64,000 nucleotides of DNA from Acidovorax sp. (GTDB lineage Bacteria > Pseudomonadota > Gammaproteobacteria > Burkholderiales > Burkholderiaceae_C), in contig NZ_JBKBTV010000010.1 in NCBI RefSeq assembly GCF_046291265.1, positions 19,199 through 83,198 of the forward strand. Direction: 5' to 3'. Every line of letters starts with the position of its first letter. Position 1 is the first letter of the stretch. The translations under genes were made by a program, and so were the position numbers. The notes under the pieces are model-generated. The model made no database searches and was not told the origin of the DNA. It was given only the letters and a program-made list of their open reading frames with translations. Below are positions 1 to 10,957 of the stretch, one piece after another.

Positions 1-603
1 CTTCAGCATCACAAACCGTTCGCCACGGTAGGCGGGCACTGCGATGGGCGCACCCGCCACGCCCAGGCGCGCGCCCACGTTGATGGCCGTCACGCCCGCA
101 CCGTTGAGCTTGGGCGGTGCCTGCACCATCAGGTCAGGCAGCTCGATGAAGGGGATGATCTGGTCCACGGCGTCCAGCACGTCCATGGGCGTCTTGGCGT
201 GGTTGATGGCCGCACTTTTCACGCGCACCAGCATGTCGGCTTCGTACAAAGGGCGGGCGCCAAAAGCCGCGTCGACCGTGGCGCCGCTCGGCAGCACCAT
301 GCCTTCGTACAACTTGCCCCACACCGGTTTGTCGGTGTTGAAGCGTTTTTGCACCGCGGGGTTGGTCAGGCCCGCCTTGTAGCCAATCACCTTGCCCAGG
401 CGCTGGGCCAGCAGTGCGTTGACCTTGCCGCGCGTGCAGGCGCCATCGGCGTCCGACAGGTTCTCGGGATTGGCTGCGGGGGTCTTGGCGATGTAGTGGG
501 CCACCAGCTCGGCTGCCTGCGCATCGCTGAGGCACTGGGCCTGCGCGCTTGTCGCAGAGGTGACGGCAAAGAGTGCTGCCATCAGGGTTTGCTTCGTGTT
601 CAT
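1..603 (-). CDS. 2-keto-4-pentenoate hydratase / FAH-family hydratase-like protein, N-terminal part (3' end runs off the window)
   Basis: Absent from the ORF track because it is open at position 1. My own minus-strand translation from the ATG at 603-601 gives MNTKQTLMAALFAVTSATSAQAQCLSDAQAAELVAHYIAKTPAANPENLSDADGACTRGKVNALLAQRLGKVIGYKAGLTNPAVQKRFNTDKPVWGKLYEG... The N-terminus looks like a signal peptide. A GGAGGAG Shine-Dalgarno sits at 610-616 (complement). The IGYKAGLT motif resembles MhpD-type hydratases. GC3 is high. Confidence 0.6.
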   Translation of the reverse strand, partial: MNTKQTLMAALFAVTSATSAQAQCLSDAQAAELVAHYIAKTPAANPENLSDADGACTRGKVNALLAQRLGKVIGYKAGLTNPAVQKRFNTDKPVWGKLYEGMVLPSGATVDAAFGARPLYEADMLVRVKSAAINHAKTPMDVLDAVDQIIPFIELPDLMVQAPPKLNGAGVTAINVGARLGVAGAPIAVPAYRGERFVMLK

Positions 604-703
604 GGGTGTCTCCTCCTTATAAAGTGGGCTATTCGTTGGTTGCTCTCAACGCTGGCGGGCTATCGTAATCGCTGGCGCTTTCTTTCACACATCCTGTTGC
701 ACC

Positions 704-1840
704 ATGGCATTCATCTACTACGTCACCCAGATCCAGTTCGAATTCGGCGCCGTCCAATTGCTCAAGCAAGAATGCGAACGTGTCGGCATCACACGCCCTT
801 TGATCGTGACGGACCCCGGCGTGAAAGCCGCAGGCGTGCTGCAAAAGGCGCTGGACGCCCTGCCCGGCATGACAGTGGCCGTGTTTGACCAGACGCCGTC
901 GAACCCCACCGAAGCCGCCGTGCGCGCGGCCGTGGAGATGTACAAGGCCCAAGGCTGCGACGGCCTGATTGCCGTGGGCGGCGGCTCGGCCATCGACTGC
1001 GCCAAGGGCATTGCCATTGCTGCCACCCACGAAGGCCCTCTCACCCACTACGCCACCATCGAAGGCGGCTCGCCCCGCATCACCGAGCGTGCCGCACCGC
1101 TGATCGCCGTGCCCACCACCAGTGGCACGGGCAGCGAAGTGGCGCGCGGCGCGATCATCATCGTTCATGATCACCGCAAGCTGGGTTTTCACTCGTGGCA
1201 CCTGGTGCCCAAGACCGCCATCTGCGACCCCGAACTGACGCTGGGCCTGCCCCCCATGCTGACGGCCGCCACGGGCATGGATGCGATTGCGCACTGCATG
1301 GAGACTTTCATGTCGGCGGCCTTCAACCCACCGGCTGACGGCATTGCGCTCGACGGCCTCACGCGCGGTTGGGCGAACATCGAACAAGCCACGCACACCG
1401 GCAGCGACCGCGATGCACGCCTGCACATGATGAGCGCCAGCATGCAAGGCGCCATGGCGTTTCAGAAGGGCCTGGGCGCCGTGCATTCGCTCAGCCACAG
1501 CCTCGGCGGTGTGAACCCGCGCCTGCACCACGGCACGCTCAACGCCATGTTCTTGCCCGCCGTGATCCGGTTCAACGCGACGGCCGAATCGGTGCAAAAG
1601 GACAAGCGCCTGGAGCGCATGGCCCACGCCATGGGCCTGGCCAGCGCAGGCGACATCCCCGAGGCCATCCGCGACATGAACGCACGCCTGGGCCTGCCGA
1701 CGGGTCTGGCGGCCATGGGGGTGACGGAGGACATGTTCGACGACATCATCAAGGGCGCCATGGCAGACCACTGCCACAAGACCAATCCGCGCGTGGCTAC
1801 GCCGCAGGAATACCGGGACATGCTGACGCAATCGCTGTAG
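704..1840 (+). CDS. iron-containing alcohol dehydrogenase family protein
   Basis: ORF track, 378 aa. The GGGSAIDCAKG motif and His-rich metal-site segments (AIAHCMETF, GAVHSLSH) are typical of the Fe-ADH family. Confidence 0.9.
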   Translation: MAFIYYVTQIQFEFGAVQLLKQECERVGITRPLIVTDPGVKAAGVLQKALDALPGMTVAVFDQTPSNPTEAAVRAAVEMYKAQGCDGLIAVGGGSAIDCAKGIAIAATHEGPLTHYATIEGGSPRITERAAPLIAVPTTSGTGSEVARGAIIIVHDHRKLGFHSWHLVPKTAICDPELTLGLPPMLTAATGMDAIAHCMETFMSAAFNPPADGIALDGLTRGWANIEQATHTGSDRDARLHMMSASMQGAMAFQKGLGAVHSLSHSLGGVNPRLHHGTLNAMFLPAVIRFNATAESVQKDKRLERMAHAMGLASAGDIPEAIRDMNARLGLPTGLAAMGVTEDMFDDIIKGAMADHCHKTNPRVATPQEYRDMLTQSL

Positions 1841-2161
1841 TTCGCGGCGGCAAGGCCGTTGCAGCAGTTGCGGCGATCCAACCAGTCACTGCCGACATCG
1901 AGATCAGAGACAACACGCCGTCAGCCCACCTGGGTTGGGGCAGCTGCTCGCGTGTGGGTCGCCACATTCCACGCCCGTCCCCTTGGCGCACGCACCTTGC
2001 ACCAGCCTTTCGTTTGTTTACAAAACGTCACACATCTGCAACGGGGCGGGATTGCGCTACCCCGTTACAGATTTGGTGCAGGCCTACGCGCTAGACTCGC
2101 CCCAGTCAACAATTAATTAACAATTCATTACCCTGGGGTTTTTAGAGAAGGGCCTGTATCG

Positions 2162-5008
2162 ATGCGCACCGGAAATCTCAGTACATGGCTCCTTCGGGGC
2201 ACTTATCCCCGGCTGTATCTGCCCATTGTGCTGATCATCCTGATCGTCACTGCCGTGCGTTATCACTACCTGCTGGCCGCAGAAACCGATGAGGTGCGCC
2301 GCCACGCAGCCACCGAGCTGCAGCGCGCCGGAAACCGGCTGCTGCCCTTGTTGACAGCCCTGCCGCCAACCACTACCGACCCCACACAAGTCACTGCCGT
2401 CTTGCGCGAAGGCGCTGCCAGCCTGGGGCGCAACGTGCAATCGCTGAAGTGGCAAGCTGGGGAGCAACCCGCCGTCGAAGTCTCCCCGGTGCTGCCTGCG
2501 GACACCGCCGCGGCCCCCCAGTGGCTTGTGGATTGGGTGGCTTTGGAGCCTCCCGTGCAGCAGTTTGCGCAGACGGCCCCCGACCGGCCCAACGCGCGGC
2601 TGACCGTGACCTTGCGCACCGAGCCCATGGTCAGCGATATCTGGAGCACGGTCATCGTGCAAGCGCGCATCTCGGCACTCAACATCATCACCATCCTGGT
2701 GTTGCTGACCGTGCTGCTGCGCGCCAATGCGCGCATGTTGCGCCGCCTGGCCGAAGCCACCGACGCGTTCCGCCAAGGCCGCCTGGACACGCGCATGCAA
2801 GAGACCGGCACGCTCGAATCGCGTGCCATGGCGGCCACTTTCAACGACATGGCGGGCAAGATCCAGTCGCTGGTGCTGTCGCTGCGCGATACCCAGCAAA
2901 TGCAAAGCGAGCAGCTGCATTTCACACGGCAGCTGATCGACGCCCTGCCCCTGCCCGTGTTCGTCCGAGACGCAGATGGCAGCTATCTGGATGCCAACCG
3001 CGCCTGGCAGCAGCTTTTTCAGGCCCCGCCCAACGCAGCCGCTGCGCGCGGCGGAACCCCGGCCCCAGCCTACCCCGAAGAGCTGTCGCCCGAACGTTCG
3101 GCCCAGATCGCTCAAGCGCAGGACAACGAAATCCGCATTCAGCGCGCCCACCAGGCGCCTCTGTACATGGCGTACTACGAAGCGCCATTCACCAGCACCA
3201 GCGGCGCGCTGGCGGGCACCATCGGCACGCTGGTCGATGTGACCGAGCGCAAGCGCGTGCAGGAGGCATTGCACGCAGAAAAAGAACGGGCAGAGGTGAC
3301 ACTGGCGTCCATCGGTGACGGCGTGATCACCACCGATCTGTCCGGGCGCATTGAGAGCCTGAACGAAGCCGCCCAGCTCATGACCGGGTTCACAGCCGAA
3401 CAGGCCACGGGGCTCCAGCTAGACAGCGTGTTCCGCCTGTACGAAGAACCTGCCAACCGCACCGCCAGCGCGGCGCCGGACCGCGACAGCCAGACCGGCG
3501 CGCTGAAGCAGGCGACCTACGAGGTGCTGATCCACCGCTCAGGCGAACGCTACGCCATCGAATACACCGCGTCGGCCATTCGCAAAGGCGACGGCATGGC
3601 CGTGGGCTGCGTGCTGGTGTTCCGCGACGTGACGGAAACGCGCAACCTGCGCCACCAGATCTCCTGGCACGCACGGCACGACGCACTGACGGGCCTGTAC
3701 AACCGCGCGGCGCTGGCAGAACGCCTGACCCATGCGATTTTTGTCGCCCGAAACAAAGGCCTGCTGCTGGCGGTCTGCATGCTGGACCTGGACCATTTCC
3801 AGACCGTGAACGACACCTACGGCAACCGCGTGGGCGACCGTCTGCTCAAGGAAACCGCGCGCCGCCTGGGCGCGTTCGCCACTGCCAGCGACGCGGTGGC
3901 CCGCATGGGCGGGGACGAGTTTGTGCTGCTGCTCGGCGAACAAGCCGATGTACCGGCCATCACAGCGCGCGTAGCGGTGCTGATGGAGCAGCTCGCCGCG
4001 CCCTACGCCATCGACGACCGCGTACTCAACACCACCGTGAGCATCGGCGTGGCAGTGTTTCCGCAGGACGACGCCAACCCCGACACGCTGCTGCGCCACG
4101 CCGACCAGGCCATGTGCCAGGCCAAGAGCTTTGGCCGCAACCAGATGCATGTGTTTGACGTGCAGCACGACCACGCCGTGCAGACCCAGCACACCCGCCA
4201 GACCCGCATCGCGCAGGCCCTGCACGCGGGCGAGCTGGTGCTGCACTACCAGCCCAAGGTCAACCTGCGCACCGGGCAGATCCTGGGCCTCGAAGCCCTG
4301 CTGCGCTGGCAGCACCCCGAACAAGGCCTGCTGGGCCCGCAGCATGTGCTGCCGCTGATCGAAGACATCGACTTGGTGGTGGAACTGGGCGAATGGGTGC
4401 TGCGCCAGGCCCTGGCCCAGATGCGGCAATGGACGGACGCTGGCATGTTGTGGGAGGTCAGCGTCAACATTGCCGCCCCCCACTTTCACCGCCCCAATTT
4501 CGTCCAGCGCCTCAAAGACATCCTGCACACCTGCCCCGAGGTGTCACCCACCCGGCTGGAGCTGGAGATTCTGGAATCTGCAGCGCTGGAAGACATGCAG
4601 TACATGCGCCGCATGATGCAAAGCTGCCAGGCGCTGGGTGTGCGTTTTGCGCTGGACGACTTTGGCACCGGTTTCTCATCGTTGTCTTACCTCAAGCGCC
4701 TGCCTGCCGAGACGATCAAGATCGACCAGTCCTTTGTGCGCGGCATTCTCGAAGACGGCGACGACCTCACCCTGGTCAGCGCCATCGTGGCCCTGGCCGC
4801 AGCATTCAACCGCCACGTGGTGGCCGAAGGCGTGGAAACGCCCGAACAATGCGCAAAACTGCTGGAGCTGGGGTGCGAGCGGGCGCAAGGTTTTGGCATT
4901 GCACGGCCCATGCCGGCGCAGGAGGTGATGGGCTGGGCCCGCCACCACTCTGACCACCATGCCGCAAAAGCGGCTCAGGCTGAAGCTCGGCGCCCCACCT
5001 CGGCCTGA
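2162..5008 (+). CDS. membrane sensor PAS-GGDEF-EAL protein (c-di-GMP cyclase/phosphodiesterase)
   Basis: ORF track, 948 aa. It has two hydrophobic segments flanking a periplasmic-type region, a HAMP-like linker and a PAS region. The GGDEF motif is RMGGDEFVLLL. EAL motifs are LEALLRW, DDFGTGFSSLSYLKRL and KIDQSFV. Confidence 0.9.
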   Translation: MRTGNLSTWLLRGTYPRLYLPIVLIILIVTAVRYHYLLAAETDEVRRHAATELQRAGNRLLPLLTALPPTTTDPTQVTAVLREGAASLGRNVQSLKWQAGEQPAVEVSPVLPADTAAAPQWLVDWVALEPPVQQFAQTAPDRPNARLTVTLRTEPMVSDIWSTVIVQARISALNIITILVLLTVLLRANARMLRRLAEATDAFRQGRLDTRMQETGTLESRAMAATFNDMAGKIQSLVLSLRDTQQMQSEQLHFTRQLIDALPLPVFVRDADGSYLDANRAWQQLFQAPPNAAAARGGTPAPAYPEELSPERSAQIAQAQDNEIRIQRAHQAPLYMAYYEAPFTSTSGALAGTIGTLVDVTERKRVQEALHAEKERAEVTLASIGDGVITTDLSGRIESLNEAAQLMTGFTAEQATGLQLDSVFRLYEEPANRTASAAPDRDSQTGALKQATYEVLIHRSGERYAIEYTASAIRKGDGMAVGCVLVFRDVTETRNLRHQISWHARHDALTGLYNRAALAERLTHAIFVARNKGLLLAVCMLDLDHFQTVNDTYGNRVGDRLLKETARRLGAFATASDAVARMGGDEFVLLLGEQADVPAITARVAVLMEQLAAPYAIDDRVLNTTVSIGVAVFPQDDANPDTLLRHADQAMCQAKSFGRNQMHVFDVQHDHAVQTQHTRQTRIAQALHAGELVLHYQPKVNLRTGQILGLEALLRWQHPEQGLLGPQHVLPLIEDIDLVVELGEWVLRQALAQMRQWTDAGMLWEVSVNIAAPHFHRPNFVQRLKDILHTCPEVSPTRLELEILESAALEDMQYMRRMMQSCQALGVRFALDDFGTGFSSLSYLKRLPAETIKIDQSFVRGILEDGDDLTLVSAIVALAAAFNRHVVAEGVETPEQCAKLLELGCERAQGFGIARPMPAQEVMGWARHHSDHHAAKAAQAEARRPTSA

Positions 5009-5029
5009 GCTGAACCGGGTTAACGACCA

Positions 5030-6202
5030 CTACAACGGCTGCACCGCCGCCCTATCCGGCCGCTCCAGCCACTCAACCCACTCGTCCACCAATTGCTGAC
5101 TGGCCTGTGTCGCAGCCAGCCATGCCTCGGCGCGGGCGGCGCTGTCGGCGCCGTAGTGGGTGAAGTCGTTGCGGTCGGGCAGCTTGGCGTTGGGCAGGCT
5201 GCGCACCCAGTCAGGGTGCGGCGACAGCACCACCATGTTGTCGAGCGCCGATGTCGACTTGTGGCGCCACTTGAGGCTTTTGTCCAGCCAGCCGGGCACG
5301 ACGCGGTGCTGAAAGTGGGGGTAGAGCACGATGCCTGCGGAGGCCTTTTCGTTGTCCGCCGCACACAATTTTGAGTCTTTTTGGCCGCTAGCGCTTATTG
5401 GATAAGCGCTAGTAGCTATCATTTTTGAACTGCCTTCCAACTGCTTTCCATAGGCCAGGTGCAGGTGATAGTCGGTAATGCCGCCATCCCAGTAAGCGCC
5501 CGGTGGGGCCCCCGGAATGTTGTGCACCGCCTGTAAAACAAAGGGGATGGAGCAGCTGGCCTGCAGTGCCTGCATGAAGTTGTCGGCGTTCAGTCCGATC
5601 TGGCGGGTGCGGTAGTCGGTGGTGGCAAATGGCAGGGCTGCACCGGCGGATGAGAACACCACGCGCTCCAGCCAGGCGCCCATGGCCTTGCGGTGCACCG
5701 TGTTGGTCAAAAACGCCCCCAAGTAGCCCAGCGGTGTGGCCACACCATGTTCGCGGCCCAGCAGGTGGCGTCCGCGTGATGTGACGATGTGCAAGCGGTA
5801 CCGCGGGTGGCTCAGCACCTCGTCGATGCGCCCGCCATAAAACGCCTGCAGGTTCTGCCCAAAGCGTTCGCTGACATGTGCTGCGGTGGGCCGCTTTTTG
5901 CCGGGGGGCAGGTCATAGCTTTGGTGGATGTAGTCATGCTCCAGGCGCTCGAACGCGGCCACGGATTCGTTCAAGCACGCTGTAGCCATGCGCCAGGCGC
6001 CAATCGAAGCACCGACCAGGTGCACGGGCTGGCTGGACTGCGCCAGCCACTGGCCAAAGATGAATCGGTCCAGTGGGCCCAGGATGAGGCCTTTGGGGCC
6101 TCCGGCCGCGGCCGGGATGACGCTCACGTCGCCGGGTTGCAGGCCGTGTTGTTCAAGGTGTTGGCGGGCGCGGGGGCCAGCATGGATGCGCAGGGCTTTC
6201 AT
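5030..6202 (-). CDS. patatin-like phospholipase family protein
   Basis: The track ORF 5030..6232 begins at a TTG; the first ATG is 6202 (MKALRIHAGP...). It carries GxSxG (LVGASIGAW) and DGG (YWDGGITDY) motifs. An in-frame repeat copy lies at 5366-5428. Confidence 0.8.
   Translation of the reverse strand: MKALRIHAGPRARQHLEQHGLQPGDVSVIPAAAGGPKGLILGPLDRFIFGQWLAQSSQPVHLVGASIGAWRMATACLNESVAAFERLEHDYIHQSYDLPPGKKRPTAAHVSERFGQNLQAFYGGRIDEVLSHPRYRLHIVTSRGRHLLGREHGVATPLGYLGAFLTNTVHRKAMGAWLERVVFSSAGAALPFATTDYRTRQIGLNADNFMQALQASCSIPFVLQAVHNIPGAPPGAYWDGGITDYHLHLAYGKQLEGSSKMIATSAYPISASGQKDSKLCAADNEKASAGIVLYPHFQHRVVPGWLDKSLKWRHKSTSALDNMVVLSPHPDWVRSLPNAKLPDRNDFTHYGADSAARAEAWLAATQASQQLVDEWVEWLERPDRAAVQPL
5366..5428 (-). 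repeat. copy A of the ~70-bp palindrome-centred repeat family (family 1), inside the patatin CDS
   Basis: The core ctagcgcttattggataagcgctag at 5388-5412 is identical to the copy at 17735 (reverse complement) over gatagctactagcgcttatccaataagcgctag. The patch is AT-rich and is translated as ...SSKMIATSAYPISASGQKDSKL... Confidence 0.9.
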
Positions 6203-6224
6203 GGGCGGGAAATGACGCACCAAT

Positions 6225-7304
6225 TCATGCAAAAGCCTTTTTCAATCTTTTTCTGATTGGATTTTCAAAATACTTTTCACTAACTAAAGCGAGCAAAAAA
6301 GAGACTGCCAAAATCACTACTACCATTGCAATCCGCAAACTCACACACCACGACGCAGGGTCAGAAAAACCAATTCTTGGGAAAATCACCCATATCAACC
6401 CAAAAAAAACAACAGGATGAATGAGGTACAAGCCATAAGTAGCATCACCCAACAGTTGAGCGGTTCTGGCGTATTTTTTCTTGAGATCTGCTGCACCGGC
6501 GACCCAGACAAGAAAAAAGCACACTACAAACCCAAATGCACCTCGCATACCTAACAATTCATCCCCAGCGCCAACTGATGTCAACGTAGCAATTATCGAA
6601 AATCCACAAAGAACAAAAATAGCAAACACATGGGCGGGCATCACCAAAAACTTCTGCCCGCGGCGCAAATTACCTAATATGCAGCCTCCTACAAAATAAG
6701 CAATAAAAGCCTGAGGATGATGAAATTCCGTTGCATTTTGAGCATAGCCACTTGGCAGCCCAATGGTGTGATAAATCCACCAGAACTGAACCAGCACTGC
6801 TGTCATGAACACAATAATCGAAAAATGACACTTCAGAACAAAAAACAAAATCAATGGAAATAAAAAATAGTATACGAACTCTATACCCAATGACCAACCA
6901 CCAATCAGTATCGAATTCACAGCTGGATCAAAAAATCCAAAGATAAAAAATCCGTTCATCAGAAAAATTTTCATTAGCGATGCGGTTGCTCCGTCTTTCA
7001 TAATTTTCCACGGCAAAATTAAGAACATCAACAAAATATATAACGGGGCTAGACGGGCGTAACGCATCCCTAAAAATTTCCAAAAAACAAAATTACCTTG
7101 AGAAATTTTATTTCCGTAGGTGTAAGCCAAGCTTGCACCAGATAATACAAAAAACAAATACACTCCATAACTACCAAAAGAATACCACTCCACCATTTGC
7201 AACCACATTAGCAAATGATAGAGACCAACGGCCAGAGCACATAATCCGCGAAGAAAATCCCAGCCATAAACCCTAGACATCCCGCGTTCGTTATAATTAC
7301 TCAT
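6225..7304 (-). CDS. acyltransferase family 3 (OafA/OpgC/NolL-type) integral membrane protein, low-GC gene
   Basis: ORF track, 359 aa with an ATG at 7304. The protein is hydrophobic throughout (about 10 TM segments). The N-terminal YGWDFLRGLCALAVGLYH motif is typical of acyltransferase_3. Codon usage is AT-rich, unlike all neighbours. Confidence 0.85.
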   Translation of the reverse strand: MSNYNERGMSRVYGWDFLRGLCALAVGLYHLLMWLQMVEWYSFGSYGVYLFFVLSGASLAYTYGNKISQGNFVFWKFLGMRYARLAPLYILLMFLILPWKIMKDGATASLMKIFLMNGFFIFGFFDPAVNSILIGGWSLGIEFVYYFLFPLILFFVLKCHFSIIVFMTAVLVQFWWIYHTIGLPSGYAQNATEFHHPQAFIAYFVGGCILGNLRRGQKFLVMPAHVFAIFVLCGFSIIATLTSVGAGDELLGMRGAFGFVVCFFLVWVAGAADLKKKYARTAQLLGDATYGLYLIHPVVFFGLIWVIFPRIGFSDPASWCVSLRIAMVVVILAVSFLLALVSEKYFENPIRKRLKKAFA

Positions 7305-7417
7305 GTGACTTCAAGACGAAATCCAATTCGACACCAAAATAATTTCATTAAAAAAATAAATATCACAAACCAGCCGTCCGACGAAATTTATATTTCTATT
7401 TCAAGAATACAAATATT

Positions 7418-8245
7418 TCAAACGACGTAGTCCGGCGCTTCCGGCTTGGCCGTCCAGTCGATGGGGTCTTGCTGCAGCACCATGTCGATGTCGAGCCCCA
7501 AGGTCAGCCCCACTTCGCCGGGGAAAGACACGGCCAGCTCTTTTTCGCTCAGCTCGGCCTCGCGCGCCCGGGCGCGCCAGGCCGCCAGATGGATGACACC
7601 GGCCAGCGGTTCGTAGGCGTTGTTGTCAAACGGCGCACTCTGGTGTTGCAAGGCGTCAATCACTACCTCGGGCAGTTGCCAGCGGCGCGCACAGCCTGCG
7701 GTGACGTGGCCGTAGCTGTAGCCAAAAATACGCTGTTCGACCTTGTCGCGCCGCAGGTCAAACGGTGCCACCAGCGTATTGATCGACTGCGCTTTTTCGG
7801 GGTCGGCGAGGTGAATCACCAGCTCACCCACCGCGTGCAGCAAGCCCGCCGTGTACGCGGCAATCTGGTTCTGGTGGACGATGCCGGCCAACGACCGCGC
7901 CAGCTTGGCCGTGTTGAGGCTGTAGCGCCAGAACTGCTGCATGTTGACCCCTGGCACCGACCGCGAAGTGGTGCCCAGCGGCGCCGAGGTGACGAGCGAA
8001 CGCACCTGGACCGTGCCCAGCAAGGCCAGGGCCTCGGGGATGCCGGCGATCTGCCGCGGCATTTGAAAGGTGGGGGAATTGGCCAGCTCCAGCAACCGCC
8101 CTGCCAAGGCCGGGTCGGTGCTGAAAAGCTGGTTCAGGCGCCGCAAACTGGGTTCGGCCTGAGCCAGCTCGCTCATCAGCAGCGCCACGGCGCGCGGAAG
8201 GCTGGGCAGTGCCACTGGTTGGGCCAGCAGTGCGTTCAACTCCAT
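7418..8245 (-). CDS. HDOD domain-containing signalling protein
   Basis: ORF track, 275 aa. The layout is HDOD-like (LPSLPRAVALLMSEL..., LLELANSP..., GLLHAVGELVI). Confidence 0.75.
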   Translation of the reverse strand: MELNALLAQPVALPSLPRAVALLMSELAQAEPSLRRLNQLFSTDPALAGRLLELANSPTFQMPRQIAGIPEALALLGTVQVRSLVTSAPLGTTSRSVPGVNMQQFWRYSLNTAKLARSLAGIVHQNQIAAYTAGLLHAVGELVIHLADPEKAQSINTLVAPFDLRRDKVEQRIFGYSYGHVTAGCARRWQLPEVVIDALQHQSAPFDNNAYEPLAGVIHLAAWRARAREAELSEKELAVSFPGEVGLTLGLDIDMVLQQDPIDWTAKPEAPDYVV

Positions 8246-8305
8246 GGGGTATGGGCGCCAGAGGTTTCGTTGCGGCGATTATGGCCCCCCGCAACATCCC
8301 GCTCG

Positions 8306-10699
<2,394 letters not shown>

Positions 10700-10887
10700 G
10701 GGAGGGGGCGGGCTTTTGGTAGCCCGTTCAAAACGCGAAGCGGCGAAGTTTGCCACACGTGTTCTGCATCGCCGCAACCGCGCCGGGCGCCGTCACGGCC
10801 TGCACCACCCGCTGCGGCCCGCCCACGCCACCCGGGCCGCGAAATTGCAAAAATGTGTCACCGTCGCGTGAACACAGAGAATGCCAA

Positions 10888-10946
10888 AAATACTCCTCAA
10901 TTCATAGCTAAAAGCCTTTACCAATAAAGCGGCAGAAGCACTTTTC
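10888..10946 (+). repeat. decayed copy H of repeat family 1
   Basis: The sequence aaatactcctcaattcatagctaaaagcctttaccaataaagcggcagaagcactttt aligns with the flanks and core of the copies at 17735 and 42963. It lies 12 nt downstream of the kinase stop. Confidence 0.55.
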
Positions 10947-10957
10947 GATGAGATCTT

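Noticed and set aside
2040-2069. Hairpin aacgggg-N13-ccccgtt downstream of the Fe-ADH gene as a terminator.
   Set aside because: The loop is long and there is no following T-run. This is not enough to call an intrinsic terminator.
5030-6202. Patatin-like phospholipase as the effector of a CBASS-like or other defence system.
   Set aside because: No cyclase/nucleotidyltransferase, sensor, or other defence-associated partner lies adjacent. The neighbours are an acyltransferase and a convergent GGDEF-EAL gene. It looks like a stand-alone housekeeping-type patatin gene.
6203-7417. Low-GC island as an insertion sequence, integron cassette or prophage remnant.
   Set aside because: There is no transposase or integrase, no terminal inverted repeats or flanking direct repeats that I could find, and only one ordinary-looking membrane-enzyme gene. 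I kept it as a generic horizontally acquired island.
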